Shown: positions 46,601 to 59,742 of the stretch, piece after piece
How positions within the stretch are numbered: position 1 is the first letter of the stretch
How the letters are laid out: every line of letters starts with the position of its first letter
Source of the DNA: Plasmodiophora brassicae
Taxonomy: Eukaryota
Direction of reading: 5' to 3'
Assembly: GCA_036867785.1 (NCBI GenBank)
Contig: CP145420.1
Span: 682,001 to 746,000, forward strand
DNA: 64,000 nucleotides
Notes under the pieces: model-generated
What the model was told of the DNA's origin: nothing
Database searches by the model: none
What the model saw: only the letters and a program-made list of their open reading frames with translations
Program-made: the position numbers and the translations under genes

Positions 46601-47420
46601 GCGACGGCGAACGGGAAGACGACCCTTGATGCTTCCCGCTGGGCAGCTGGACAAGAACTGGCACGAAGTTGGGGCGGTGCTCCCCGTCAGGCAATACGAG
46701 CCGGCAGGGCTGGAAGGAGGCGGGTCAGGAAGAACGGGCACAAATTCCAAACGGTGGCAACCCCCTCCCGACCATGGATGGATGGTGTACTGGTCTGGGC
46801 AGTAGAACCCGCCGGGACAAGGGACCGGTTCATAGCGGCCTTGTGGCTGTCACACGTTAGTATGAGACGCGGAGGAGGGGTTCCGACATCGATTACAAGG
46901 CAGTACGGCCCGCCGGAAAGACGTTGCGTTTCACTGAGCAGGCGTGGTCGGTCATTATCGCCGAGTTGGTCCCACACCGTGTCACGTACCAGCTGACGGA
47001 TGGCGGGCAGCCGACCATCGCCGAATCCGGGACCGATGGTGTGACGTACGGGCAGAAGAACCTGTGCGAGGATCATCAGGGAGAGCCTTCGGTGCGAACG
47101 CAGCTGATCGGCCCCGACCCTGGATCGCACGTGAAGACGTTCGTGTCCCGAAGAGGAATCCCGACGGTGCTGTTCGGCAGCGTGAAGCAGCCGTATCCTC
47201 TACCGGCCGGCAACGCTGGTAACGCTGACGCCGGCGGGAGGGCCCATTCCTGGCCCAGCACGGGCGGGAACTGCTCGAACACGGACATCAATGGCACGGG
47301 GACGTCGTCGTCGTCGTCGTCGTCGGCGTAGTCACCTGCGCTGTGACTGTACCCGGTGATCGTCACTGTACAGATGGTGCTGCTGCCGACGCTACTACGG
47401 TCAGCAGCCGTCACATCACG
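43682..47420 (-). CDS. ABCG half-transporter with Cys-rich N-terminal ectodomain (ADP1/ABCG24-like); start uncertain
   Basis: Walker A GPSGAGKT, Q-loop [10 protein letters not shown], signature [39 protein letters not shown] in the TMD, Cys-rich N-terminus. Confidence 0.92.
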
Positions 47421-47540
47421 CGTCTGGGAGCCTGGTCCACGCCAGCTTCCACCAAGTCGCGCGGCACAGCGAGGGCGCTGCCGCTGTGCTGTGTGTGCCT
47501 GAGGGCCAGCTCGCCAGACGCTTCAGGACGGCTCCCGCGT

Positions 47541-48658
47541 TTATGATTTCAGTTGCACGCTGAAGCGTCGGTCGACGGTGCTCGAGTTGTGGATTGGCGG
47601 ACAGGTCGGATGGACGAGGTCGATGGCAATGGCAACGTGGATGGGGCCTGGGCGCTGCGCCCGCAATCGGACGTTGGAGATCGCGTCGGTCAGCTCGTGG
47701 AGCAGGCCCTGGGCGCAGATCGTCGGACACGTCGACCCTATCGTGGCGTCAGGTGCCGTTTCGCAACGCGACTCGACGCCCCAGTCGATCGACGTGTTGG
47801 CGCTGATCGTCAGCGACACTTCCGTCTCCGCTAGCTGACGCCGCAATTCCTCCTGGAACCTACCGACCCCTGCTGAGCGCCGATTCATGCACATCGCGTT
47901 GTCAGGATACCTCTGCTTCAGCTCCATGTACATGGAACGCCAGACGGCGTCCTCGTTGGGGTCCCCAGGCGCATCCCGGGAGGACCTCGACAGGGACCCT
48001 CTATGGGCCTCATCATATACAGACAACAGCAAATCGATCCCGTTCAGCCAGGACGCCTGTCGATCGTCTTCGGCGACCAGGTCGTCCAGAAGCTGCGACA
48101 TCTCGCCGATGACAGCCTCTGCAGGTCGCACGACGTGAACACGAGCCGCACACGAGAACGTTCGCGAGCGTACCCATGCCGTTGTGGTGATGGAGAAGCA
48201 GGTCGCCTTCGACGATGCCCGCGAGGCGGGCGCGGTCAGGTTCGCGTACTGGACACGGCGATGTCGCAGCGCTGCAGACGGCATCGGGCGCCGCCAGCGT
48301 CGCGATTTCGTCGACCAGCCTGTTGGCGGCGTCGACCTCCCATTGATCCAGCGCGTTCGACACGGACCGTATCGTGGCTGTTACCTGCTCGGCGATCTCG
48401 ACCTGCGTCCTGGACAGCATCCACATTCAGCACGCACGCGATGCCGGCAGTCCCCTGCTCGCACCTGCAGGCTCTGGGGGCGACCTCCGGGTCCGCTGTG
48501 ATGACGGGCAACACAGCATCCATTCTGCAATTAACACGATCGGAATGCAGTACCACCCGCCGATAGCTATGCAGGGCAGCGCGTAACGCGTCATTGTTAC
48601 TGATGTCGTGCTCGGCTCTGGAGCACGGTAACCCGTACTCGGCGTCCCTGGAATTCAT
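47541..48658 (-). CDS. Hypothetical multi-exon protein
   Basis: Chained ORFs with GT-AG junctions (EAVIGEMSQLLDDLVAEDD..., FQEELRRQLAETE...); no family recognised. Confidence 0.45.
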
Positions 48659-48897
48659 CACCAACGATACGGCGAGGATTCGGATCGCTCCTGAGAAGGG
48701 CGAAAACGCACAGGCGACCTCGCGAGTCTGCCTTGCGGTTGCCGTCAGCAGTGTAGCAGGTGCGCGCGATTTTGTTCCCATTGGGCGCGGCGTCGGGTCC
48801 GGGGCAGACCGCGCGCACCGACCCGTCACGGCGAACGACTGCAGGTCGCCGACCCGCGGACCTGGGGCTGGGTGAGGTTGTGTTGTCAACGTGGCAA

Positions 48898-49323
48898 ATG
48901 TCGACTGGGCGGCGTCGGTACGACGTGGTGGTGGCCGACTTTTGCGTGATCCCGATGGGGACGGCGTCGACGTCGATGACGCCGTACGTGGCCGAGTGCC
49001 AGCGCGTCCTGCAGCGATCCGGCCTGACGCACGCCATGCACGCGTACGGGACGAACGTCGAGGGCCCGTGGGACGACGTCATGAACGCCATTCGCGATTG
49101 CCACGACGCCGTACACGCCATGGGATGCCAGCGCATATCAACCAGCATCAAAATCGGTCCTGCACGCCACCCGCATGCGATCGTTCGCAGGAACGCGGCC
49201 TGATACGAGGTGATGACAGGGACGCGGCTCGACAAACCGTCGACGATCGAGGGGAAGAAGCAGAGCGTTGCTGATGTGTTGCTTCATGACGAGCAGCACC
49301 ACCGGGCTTCCCCAGACGGATGA
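48898..49323 (+). CDS. Thiamine-binding protein, MTH1187/YqgV/Ecm15 family; one intron (~49157-49219)
   Basis: ADFCVIPMGTASTSMTPYVAECQRVL..SGL...HAYGTNVEGPWDDVM..IRDCH...RISTSIKI|GTRLDK. Confidence 0.9.
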
Positions 49324-49549
49324 TGATGATGATCCTAAAACGAATCCGGGTTGCGTTCCCGGCTTGCCTCAACAGTCTGGCGATATGCCAGATCGTGTGT
49401 GTCGCTGCAGACGCGGTCGCTCAGCCATGCGTGTGCAATTATTACATTCTTCAATGTTATCCAGACACGTGCTGCAGTGTACGTGTGACGGTCCATGTTG
49501 GAAGAGCAATATATCGACAGGTACGGTCCTGGTAGCCGGGTCTGTCACG

Positions 49550-52500
49550 ATGGACGACATCAACGAAGCGGACGACGACGCGCTTTCGCTGGACAGCCTC
49601 GAGGACAAACCGGAAGCGAGCAAGGACAGCGCGTCGGACGTCAACGATGACGCAGGCGAGACCAAAGACAAACCTTCGAGCGTCGACCCGCAGACCGATC
49701 CGGTGAACACGGGTGCCCCCGTTGACCGCGCCTCGTTCGACAACAAGCCGGACGCGCCCGATATCGATCTAGACGCTGCGCTCGCTGCCGTCCCCAACAT
49801 CTTCCCTAATCAGGACGAGGAACCGTCAGCCGCCGTCCTGCCGCCCGACAACACGGCGGATATACTGGCGGCTATTGACGAAGGCGCCAAGGTGCTCGCC
49901 GATGCAGAGCTGGATGTCCCCAGGTTACAGCTCGGTTCCATCGCCGCCGAAAATCAGGCGCCACCTCAGCCAGATGGCGACGCCACATCCGAACACGAAC
50001 TGGCACAGGAACAAACGGCGAAGCCTGTTGGTCTACCAGCGCCCGACGGGGCACTTCCTATGCCTGTGCAGGTATGGCTCCCCATCTTGGGTGGAGCGTT
50101 TCCATAACGTGTGTCGGACAGGTTGCCGATGTCGACGATGATGGTGACGGTGCTGCGGGTGATGCGGACGTAGCCGACGAGGAGGACGACGTGGTTGATC
50201 CTGATGACCCGCTCGTGGCGCGCCTGCAGGCGGCCATGATGGCGCAGTTGCAGGACGCGGCGACGCGCCTAGACGAGAACCTGCGCGAGCGCAACGAGGA
50301 GGTCAAACGCCTGAACAAGAAGCGGGAGACCATCGGTGTCGACCTGTATGGCCTGCAGCAGCAGCTCGCGCGCATGCAGATGCAGCTGGAGAAGACGCAC
50401 GACCGGTTCAATATGTTCAACCGGTTGCGAGCCAAGGCGGAGGAGGATCGGGAACTGCTGCTGGCCGACCTGTCTTCGAAGAGCGCGGCGAGGGACACCG
50501 CTCTGCAACATGCCGAGCTGATCGCACGCGAGTTCAACAACGTCAGCACGACGTTGCGGCAGGTGGCCGAGTACAACGAGTCGATCAAGAGCGAGATCAA
50601 GGTGACGCGACGGGCGGCATACGCCGAGGAGGCCGAGATGACGAAGCAGGAGAAGGAGAAGAAGGCGCAGGACTACCAGATCGCCGCCATGAACGAGCAG
50701 ATCGCCGGGTTGCAAGCGCGCGTCCAGACGCTAACGGAGCAGGTCGCAACGCAGAAGTCGCAGACAGGTGGCGCGCGCGAGACGATCCAGTTGGCGTTGG
50801 ATGAGATGGCGCAGATCCGCGCCGATAAGAACGAGTACATCTCGAAATGGAAGTCGGCGCTGATCGCGCTGTCGCGCCGCAACAAGGCCTTGGAAGGGTG
50901 CGATCGCGAGCGGCAACGCCTGCAGGCCGAGCTCGTTCGTCTGGACAGCGAGTACGCCGGCTTCGTCAAAGACGTACGCCGCGAGCAGGAGACCAACGAG
51001 AAGCTTACGGAAGTGCTCACCAAAGTCATCACCGAATGCAAATTTATCGAGGCTCAGATCGCCCGAATTCAGGTACGAACCCCGACGGAAGACGCTTTGG
51101 CCCTGTGTCGTGACACGTTGTACCAGACGGCGAGAACGAAGGCGTCGTCTGAATACGATGTGTTCAAGGACCAGCTGGCGAAGACGGATGAGCAACTGCA
51201 GGAAGGTTCGAGTTTCTGTGGATGGTTCCTGGCCGGCGTCTGTGCTTAGTGCAACAATGACAGTGCAAGGGCAGCGCAGGCTGTTGGAGCTGGAAATCCA
51301 GCGCATCGAGAAGTGCATCTCGGCGAGCGATGCGGCCAGGACGGCGATCGAGAACGAGATCCTCGAGAAGATGTCGAATCAGACGACAACGGAGCAGGGG
51401 ACGCAGAACACCCTGAAGGCCATCATGAAGCTTCGCAAGACGATCGAAGCGACCGTTGGAATATCGTGCTGGCTGGTACGGCAGGCGGCTGAGACGGGTA
51501 TGTCGTTGTACAGGAGAAGAAGATCGGCGCAGCGCAGAACGAAATTGCCCGCGTCAAGGTCGACATTCTGAACACGACGGCCCACAACAAAGACCTGAAG
51601 AAGACGTTGGCGGCGTTCGAGAAAGAGGTATTAGCAGAAAGGGCGTGTGAGCATCAGGCGATTGACGCCTTGGATATGTAGCTTAAAGAGAAAGACCTGC
51701 TGATCGACAAGTACGAGACCGAGAACGCGTTGCGCAACGACATGATCCAGAAGAAGCAGATCGCGATCGATGCGCTGAACAGGAAGTACGAGCAGCTGAC
51801 CAAGAACGTTGTCGAGGACACGAGCAGTGCTTCGCTGGAAGGCAAGATCGACGGACTCAATCGTGAACTCCAGGTAGGGGTCTGAAACCACTGCCACGCT
51901 CAGTGCTGACAAGCCGAACAGGCGGTACGGAATTCGTCCACTGACCTACAACGGAAGTGGATCGGCACCCAGACCGAGTTACTGGAGGTGGAAGCCATCT
52001 CGTCCGCCGAGATCAATAAGGTCGCCGAATTGGCCGCGAGGCACACCGTCCTCGGCCAGAAATCCAAGCGGCTTCAACGTCTGCGCGCCTCGGTGACCGG
52101 TCAGCAATGCTGGAATCGAGTTGCGCTGTACCAGTACCTGACTGGTCGGAACGGCAGATGAGATCAAGGAATTGCGCAAGACGATGACGTCCATTCACTT
52201 GGAGATCACGAAACTGAACGGCCTGCTGGTGGAATTTAAGACACGGCAGGAAACGTTGGGCAGCGAGAACCGGACATCGGAGATCACGTTCAAGGAGCGC
52301 GGTGTGCAGATTGAACAGGAGCGGGCGGGCGGCGAGAAGAAGATCGAGGCTCTCCAGGCAGCCCGAGATAGCCTGCTGGAGGAAGTTAGCGAGATATCCG
52401 CCCAGATCCTCATCTGGGAACGCAAGATCAACCTGGAGAAGGAAACGCAGCAGGCCATTGACCCTGAGGTCGGCCAAGCCGAGGTAACCGGTCGCATGGT

Positions 52501-53175
52501 TGGTTCGCGGTGTGGCGCTCATCACGGTTGCTATCAGGTGGAGGAGATGAGACGGGAAGTGCACAGGATGGAGCTTCGTTTGAACGCGCTGAAACGGGCC
52601 CAGGAGGAGCTCATGGAAGACAGCCTGCGCACGATCGAGAAGCGAAACGATATCCAGATTCGGCACCTGAACTCGAAACGCACCGACATGACGCAGGCGT
52701 CGCTTCGGAAGAAGATCGCGTCGCTGCGCAACGAGATCAAGCTGAAAAGCGGCGAGTCCCGCCAGGTACATCGCTGAATCGTCGCAACGAACGAGAGTTC
52801 CTTACCGAGGGCGGACAGGTCGAACAATCGATCAGGCGCCAGGAGGACAACACGCGCATCCTCATCGAAATGTGTGAAAAGTTGCAAACGCAGTTCAACG
52901 AACTGGACGACGAGAAGGCCACGCTGGAGCAGAAATTGCACCTGGCCGAGTTCCAGAAGGCGCTGACGTCGGAGATGCTGGCCATCTACCTGGAGACCAA
53001 AGCCCGGTTATCGTCGTCGGCACCGGTGCGGTCCACGGGCGCGTCGCACGTGTCGTTCACACAGCAGGTCGAGCGGCTCGAGGCGCTCAAGACACGGCTG
53101 CGCGAGCTGAAGGTCGAGTTCGTCGACGCCGAACCGTACTTGGACACGCTCCTCCGCTTTGCAACGGCCACCTGA
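49550..53175 (+). CDS. CCDC40: Coiled-coil domain-containing protein 40 (FAP172), axonemal ruler; multi-exon
   Basis: DPDDPLVARLQAAM...ETIGVDLYGLQQQLARMQ and ILIWERKINLEKETQQAIDPEVGQAE|VEEMRREVHRMELR match CCDC40 hallmark segments. Confidence 0.9.
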
Positions 53176-53190
53176 CGTACCTGATCACTC

Positions 53191-54100
53191 TTATAAACTG
53201 CCATCCCACCTATCGTCCAAGTTTATCCCGGATCCGGTACTGAGCCAATCCACGAATTGCAATCGAGCAGATTCGCGGGATCGTCGGCTGGATCGTCGGT
53301 AGAGATTCGACGCATGGACGGTCCGGGTCAGTCCGGATCGTTGACCGACACGTATTATCAAGGACGTGACACAGTCCAGGACAGGGTCATGATGCGTGCC
53401 TTCCAAGTGGGCACTACCTTTGCGACGACCCATGACCATGTATAACTAGACCTCAACAGCTCAGCAGTGCATGGTCGGTGACGTCGACAGGTGCGCCACT
53501 AACGACTCGATACGTCAGGGCCAGCCAGCTGGCTCTGTGAGTTCGAACATGCGCTGATGCGCACGTACAGATCTCCATGCTGGTGTTGACGTTAACGATT
53601 CCCTTCGCTATGGCGAGTATCACGGTGGCTCGGATGCGGTAGGCGCGACCGCATCGAACGCACCTCGCAGCCCTTTCTATCGTTTGGGCTGTACAAACAC
53701 GACAATGACGCGGTCCATTATTGCAGACGCAACGGCTGGATACTCGATGATCTGGTTTTCAGTTGGACGCGTCGTTGGCCTAGATGACCCGATTTACGTC
53801 GCTGCCATTGTGCTCCATATTAACCCTCAATTGTGGTGGCTGATTGCATAAGTTCAGCACTGCCTATAAAATGCACAGTACTGGTGGCAGGCCGTCCAAC
53901 ACGGTCATACTCCTTTTCGCCTGACGCTACCGCCATCGTCCGCTTTAGACGCGGCCACCATCGTTCGCGTTTTGTCGCCTGTTTCGACTCAGCTTTCGAT
54001 ATCGCCTGTCGCGTCCTTCTGTCGCAAACGCCCCCACGCCTTCTCATGCATCTACGCGTTAACCACAAACGATCGGGGCGGCTTCAACGGCAACCTGAGC
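53191..54100 (-). CDS. Possible micro-exon-rich hypothetical gene
   Basis: Series of short segments bounded by gtgcg/gtacg donors and cag/tag acceptors on the minus strand; no family recognised. Confidence 0.25.
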
Positions 54101-54204
54101 CTTTGGTCACGTTCCCATTGACATGCTCCTCGTAAAATGCGGATTCGTTTGTCGGCAGGGCGGCATTCCTCGCATCATCGTCGTCCAGCACGTTACGACC
54201 TACT

Positions 54205-55004
54205 TTACTTAAAGAGGTCTCGAAAAGTGAAGAGGCCATCTTTGTCCGTGTCGACATACAGGGTGTCCATTGAACTCTTCAATGACGCTTGCAGCGATCG
54301 GGGCGCGACGAAGAACAACGCCATGACCGCACTCCAGCAGGCCCCAGCGAACAGCCTGGACGCGGACTAAGACAACGTGACAGCCTTGTCGTGGCTTAAA
54401 CATACCTGGAGTTGAGCTTCGCCGGGTAGATTGCCAGGTTGATGCACGCCAGTATGATTCTGGACAGCAGGTACAGATTGATTTGGGTGTGAATCGGATT
54501 CCCACCTGCAGGAACATTAGCTTGGGACGAGACGATGATCTGCGCACATCAGCCGTACTTCCAAACACAATGGAGCCGGCAATGCCCCCGGCGATCAGCT
54601 GATTATAGACGTCATCGGTCTGCAGCAGGACGACAATAAGCAACACAGACTTCGAAACAGGAATGCCCCCGATACGGTCTGGCGGATATGACGAAGAGAG
54701 CATCCAAGCGCTTTAAACAGCGATACATAAACAGCAAGGCTGAGACTATGCTGCGCCGTCGCGGTGAGAATCGTACGAATCATAGACGTCAACGACCCGG
54801 ATCGTCGGAACACCAGCGTGATCACTAGTTCCAAACACGGTCATGCGTTGCGCAGGGCCATGTCGTGCAACACCAACCGAGCGCATGCGGGAACCGGACC
54901 TTGGCGCCGTACGCCAGCCCGGCGACGAACCCCTTGAGGATGGCGCGCACGCACGACGCGTGCCTGCAGAACGGCGAGTGCGGCGCCACCGCCTTCTTGT
55001 CCAT
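54205..55004 (-). CDS. PXMP4: Peroxisomal membrane protein 4 (Tim17 family), multi-exon
   Basis: AILKGFVAGLAYGAKVRFPHAL|VITLVFR...ATAQHSLSLAVYV...LIAGGIAGSIVFG...LQASLKSSMDTLY. Confidence 0.88.
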
Positions 55005-55267
55005 GCCCACCTCGTCGGCAAATCCGCACAGCCGCGCCTGAACTCGGGCGACACCTTTACGGACACGTCGTCACAACGTCCGTTATTTTCGTTCGCTGTT
55101 CCTGCGACCCGGTCAGCGTTCGCGGGAACAGTTCGCTTTCTGTTGACTGTGCACAGCCATGCGCTGTAGCTATTGGATACGACGTCGCATTCGCCGTTTA
55201 TATAAAGTACAAGGCAGGCGGGGGATGATGATCTCGGGGGGACGGGCGGCGGCGCCGGGGTCGGACA

Positions 55268-55444
55268 TTAATCGTGGAACGTGGTCACGGCACGATGCCG
55301 TCGTAGGTCGTCCCAGGAGTTGAGTAGGTGCATCCCGTGGTTGACGGTCGGAGACGGTACGACGTGGTCGACGATGGCGAAGCCCGTGATGGCGGAAGCG
55401 GCGGCGACGGCAAGGCCGCCGATCCTGGACAGCGTCGGCGGCAT
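55268..55444 (-). CDS. Putative 58-aa single-TM microprotein
   Basis: MPPTLSRIGGLAVAAASAITGFAIVDHVV...; fills its own slot between eIF3f and PXMP4 and has host-like codons. Confidence 0.45.
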   Translation of the reverse strand: MPPTLSRIGGLAVAAASAITGFAIVDHVVPSPTVNHGMHLLNSWDDLRRHRAVTTFHD

Positions 55445-55524
55445 GGTTGAAAAGGATGAAGAGCCTGGTCCGAACGGCCGAACCGGTGCGGGGCGAGGAT
55501 AAATGGGTCTGTATTTCATGTCGA

Positions 55525-56499
55525 TTAGGCAATGACGTTGACTTTGTCGGCGATGGCGAGTTGCGCCCGTGTTAGGCTAGACAGGTAGCTCACAGACAGC
55601 AGGTCGCTGACCGATCCCTGGAACGCCCCCTCGAACCATTCGCCGTCGAACGCCTGCGGGACCGCGCTGACAGCGCTCGCCAGCAGTCTTCCGACGTCGT
55701 TGTCCGGTTCGATCTCGCCGCTGACGACGCGATCGACGTAATCGCAAACGTCGGCCAGCATGCTGTGCAGGCTCTCCACCGACATCTGCAGCCCCTGCTG
55801 CTGCGTCAGCAAGGTGGCCGGCGAATCGAAACGGTCATCGTCCGGCTGCGACTGAATCAGGGCGTCGATCGCGATCTTGTCGTCGTCGAATGCAACGAAC
55901 TCGACGTCGACCTCGTCGAACACGCCTAGAAGCGGGGTCGCGTCCGCGCTTGACGTGATGACCGATGGCGTGTACCCGCAGACGGAGAGCTTGGACCCTT
56001 CCAGGCTTGTGTCGACCGCGAGTATTACAGGGCGTTGACCCGACATCATGGACTGGAACGACCTCGATATCGTCACGCTGGACTGCGTCAGCGACCCGGT
56101 CGTGTACCACCCGACGACGGTCAACGTGGACGACACCCGCGTGTACAATTCAAGCATGGCCCTGTGGTAGTCCATGTCGACAGCAACGACCTGGTCGTCC
56201 TGTTCGTTGTGCGGCACGGGGAACGAGTCCTTGATCTGGGTCTGGCCGCTGGGCAGCCGGACGCCGAGCAGCGTCCCGATAACGCGCTGCTGCTTGGCGT
56301 TGCGCCGCTTGTAATGGTCCAGTATCGACATGATGACGACCGGTTCGACCGTGAACGGCGCCGGCAGGCTGGCCGGGCGCATCTGGACGGCTCGATGCTG
56401 GAGCGACATCGCGTCGAGACAAGCGCCCTGCACTGCGGTGTCCGCCACGGACTCCGCCGCCGCCGCACCTCCCTCATCGCCACCTGGCTGCCCCACCAT
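55525..56499 (-). CDS. EIF3F: Translation initiation factor eIF3 subunit F (MPN domain)
   Basis: VEPVVIMSILDHYKRR...RVIGTLLG...DSFPVPHNE...VAVDMDYHRAMLEL...VVGWYTTG; C-terminal YVDRVVSGE.PDNDVGR. Confidence 0.92.
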   Translation of the reverse strand: MVGQPGGDEGGAAAAESVADTAVQGACLDAMSLQHRAVQMRPASLPAPFTVEPVVIMSILDHYKRRNAKQQRVIGTLLGVRLPSGQTQIKDSFPVPHNEQDDQVVAVDMDYHRAMLELYTRVSSTLTVVGWYTTGSLTQSSVTISRSFQSMMSGQRPVILAVDTSLEGSKLSVCGYTPSVITSSADATPLLGVFDEVDVEFVAFDDDKIAIDALIQSQPDDDRFDSPATLLTQQQGLQMSVESLHSMLADVCDYVDRVVSGEIEPDNDVGRLLASAVSAVPQAFDGEWFEGAFQGSVSDLLSVSYLSSLTRAQLAIADKVNVIA

Positions 56500-56568
56500 G
56501 AATCCGTTGTGTATTCGATGGATATAAAGAACAACAGGAGGCCAGCATTAAGGCCTTGATAGAGGATG

Positions 56569-58102
56569 TTAAAATAGGCCAGCGCTTTGCTTCAACTTCT
56601 GCTGCCGCCACGGCTTCAACTCTTTGAACGCTTCGCGAGACATGCCGAACGCCTTATCGAACTCGTCGTCGAACAGGTGATCCTCTTTATGGGCTGCATC
56701 TACCGTCCACCAATTGAGGCCATGCTTGCAGCTGGGCACAAAACGGCACTTACCGATTCCATCTGGTAATGGAGCATCTTTCTGTTGCAGGTCGGCAAGT
56801 TTCATCCTCAGGACGCCGTTCACACGTTCTCCTTTGGCGGGAGCTTGGGCGGGCGCCACGGTCGTAGGCGCGGATGGCTGTGGACGAACAGCGATTTCCG
56901 CAGGTACCTTTGGTGCCTGTGTCTGAGCTTCCTTCTTAGGCGGTACATCGGGTTTCCGTTGCGGGCCCGCCGGTACGTTAGGCTTCTGGCGGGGGGCAGC
57001 AGGCGCACTTGACGCCTTGCAGCACGAAACGCATTGGAGACTGTCACCGATCCCTATTTGGAATTGCCCCGACGTGAGGTCTTTCTTGCACGACGTGCAC
57101 CGGAAGCAATCTAAATGGAACGTCTTCCCAGTAATCTGGACGTACTGCCCGGTCACGGGTTTCCTGCACGATGTGCACTTCTCGAGGAACTTCTCCTCGA
57201 AGTGCGCGTTGCAGAACAACTGCCCATCGCGCTTATGGAACAGGTCGTTCTCGCCAATTTGTTGACCGTCGACAACGCACCTGCAGACCGCCAGATCAGG
57301 ATCCAAGACATCATGGCTAATGTCTCTCGATTACGTACTTGAAACACTCAACGTGGTATGAGTCGCCACTCGCTTCGAACGCGGACCCATCAATAATGTT
57401 GGTGCAGGCTGTGCACCGGACACCAAACCTCTCCTGGTAATCCCTCTCGCAGTATGGGTTGCCGTCAGGCCCTTGACGGAACTCATCGGAAGGGAACGGC
57501 TCCTGGCAGGCGGAGCACCGGAAATGTGCCGGGTGCCAAGTCTTGCCCAATGCAAGAAGGAACTGACCCCGGATCGGTTCACCGCAATCGGCGCATTGTG
57601 AACCGAACAACCGGTGGTAGTCGTCCTCACAATAGGCGACGCCGTCCTTCGGGATGTAGAGACCGCCGGCCAGAGGTTTGGCACAGGTCGGGCAGGTGAA
57701 ACAGTTCAGGTGATAGTTCTCCCCAGCGGCGACGGCGTAGTTCCCTGCGATCGTCTTGGTGCACTTGCGGCAGATGATCGACCCATCGCTCTTGTCCATC
57801 AGCAGGCTGTCGGAAGGGCCGGACGCTACGCTGACCATGGAGCCACTCCTTCGGCCGCGATCACCGATTGACAGACGGGGCGCGGGAGGCGCAAGCAGGT
57901 TCGGACGCGGAAGGGCTTGAAGAAAGTTCGAGGGTGCCCATCCTTGAATATCGGAACCCGCAGGACGGACTAGCCACCATCCCGCCTCGTTGACGTCGAG
58001 GACGTCGCACACGGTTCCCTCGTCGAGGTCGATCTCCTCAGGGTCGGCCTTGTCGTATTTGAATACGACCTGGGCCTGGAAGGGCACCGACGGGTCGCTC
58101 AT
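56569..58102 (-). CDS. SH3 + four LIM + villin headpiece protein (abLIM-like); introns near 57280-57338 and 56700-56752
   Basis: SH3 (FKYDKADPEEIDL...AGWWL...GWAPSNFL), four LIM repeats joined across an intron (CFK|CVVDG), headpiece HLFDDEFDKAFGMSREAFKELKPWRQQKLKQSAGLF*. Confidence 0.9.
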
Positions 58103-58146
58103 CGGCAGCGCGCGCGAGATATCAACTAGCTGGAGGATTCAAGATT

Positions 58147-59127
58147 CTATGGGTACTCGAGGCGATCTTCGAGATACAAATGCTTCACTATGACGACATC
58201 TGGTACATTTCTACACCTTGTCGGTCGGATGGGACAGACGGGCTCGGACTGATTGCAACAGCACGTTGGTGGAGACCCCGTTATGACCACGATCCGGAAT
58301 ACTGCACAAAGAAGGTCAGCAAGAAAACGACAACGCGTGTGTTTCCCACGTACATGATATCTGCAAAGATCATGCTTGGGAGCACGAAGCGGTTATACGA
58401 CGGCTTTACAGTCTTCATATACTGGTTCAGAACAGATTCAACGGTTCGCCCGCGCTCTACAATATCTCGTTGTACTGTCGCGCGTACATCAGAGTTCGAA
58501 ATTCAAACGTGACAGCAAGAATGGTTGCTACAAACATCGGCGAGCCAGACGCACATCATCGTCCGCCGTCATGAAGACTTTGATGTCACACAGATCACGA
58601 ATTCGCTCCTCGCAGAACAGCAGAATGCCTTCTACGATGATGACATCCGCGTATCGAACATGCTCCTGAACAGCACTGCGAGTGTGGGTCGTAAAATCAT
58701 CTGCAAGCAGTATGAAGCTGTGGTGCGGCGGCCAATAGCAATCGCCTACATTGCGGTATTATCGTGTCGCGACCATCGATAAGGTCCTGTAAGGATCGGT
58801 ACAACCATTCCCAGTCGATCGCTGGAGGCTCATCGAAATTGTATCCAGCTACGTTCCTATGCTAAGTCCAAATTGAAACAAACCAGCGTACACAGCGCTA
58901 GTCCCCCACGTACCTCATCATCCGTCAGCGGCCGATAAAACGAATCCGTCGACAGCAACCGTATTCGATCAGACGCATCGACCAGCGACACAACCTTCCG
59001 CGCCAGCGTCGTCTTCCCCGATGCCGTCCTGCACACGTGCACATGAGCATACAGATCCCATCCTGTGCAAACGCGCAACGCGGCAGCGGTTATACCCGCC
59101 AGCGATGCCGATGATGAGCGGGGGCAT
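58147..59127 (-). CDS. Uridine-cytidine kinase, multi-exon (3' end approximate)
   Basis: IIGIAG|GTASGKTT, LSTDSFYRPL, NFDEPPAID, DVIIVEGIL, RDIVERGRTVESVLNQYMKTVKPSY. Confidence 0.9.
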
Positions 59128-59222
59128 GGCTTCGGGGAGGTGACGCGGAGCGGACGCAGCAGACGCGTGCCGCGTGCCGTGCGCCGTGTGCAACGCCGCG
59201 CAGTCCGCGCCGTCTGTCGCGC

Positions 59223-59634
59223 ATGTCGTCGTCGTCATCAGCGTTCCAGAATGTCATCGGCGGCAAGCTGAAACTGAAGAAGGCAGGGGCGGTGCCGAAA
59301 GCGATCGGGAAGAAGAAGACGAAGAAGAAGGCAGTGGCGGACGTGGCCGATGTCAAGACTGATGATGGTCGAGACGCGGTAGCGCCCGCCGTTCCCGATA
59401 TCGTCGTCCAGACGAAGACGGCTGCTGAGCTGAAGTTTGAGGAGACACGACGACGAATGGTTTGTGCGTCATCGTGTTGGTGCGCACGGGTCGGCTGATG
59501 CTGGGTCGTCTTAGGAAGAATCGCTGATAGCCAAGAAGATTCAGAAGACGCATCGTGAGAAGATCGAGGAATTCAACCGGGCACTCGAGAACCTGTCGGA
59601 GCACTACGACATCCCGAAGGTTGGCCCCGGCTAG
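59223..59634 (+). CDS. FAM32A: FAM32A-like splicing factor; one intron
   Basis: GGKLKLK...[10 protein letters not shown]...[29 protein letters not shown]. Confidence 0.9.
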
Positions 59635-59742
59635 TTGCTGACGTCTGTAAATAACCTATTGTGGACTTGCGAACGAGTCGCGACCATCCCACAAACGCTG
59701 CGATGTGCCAGAGCGCCTGGCTGGTTTATGGACACGAGTACG

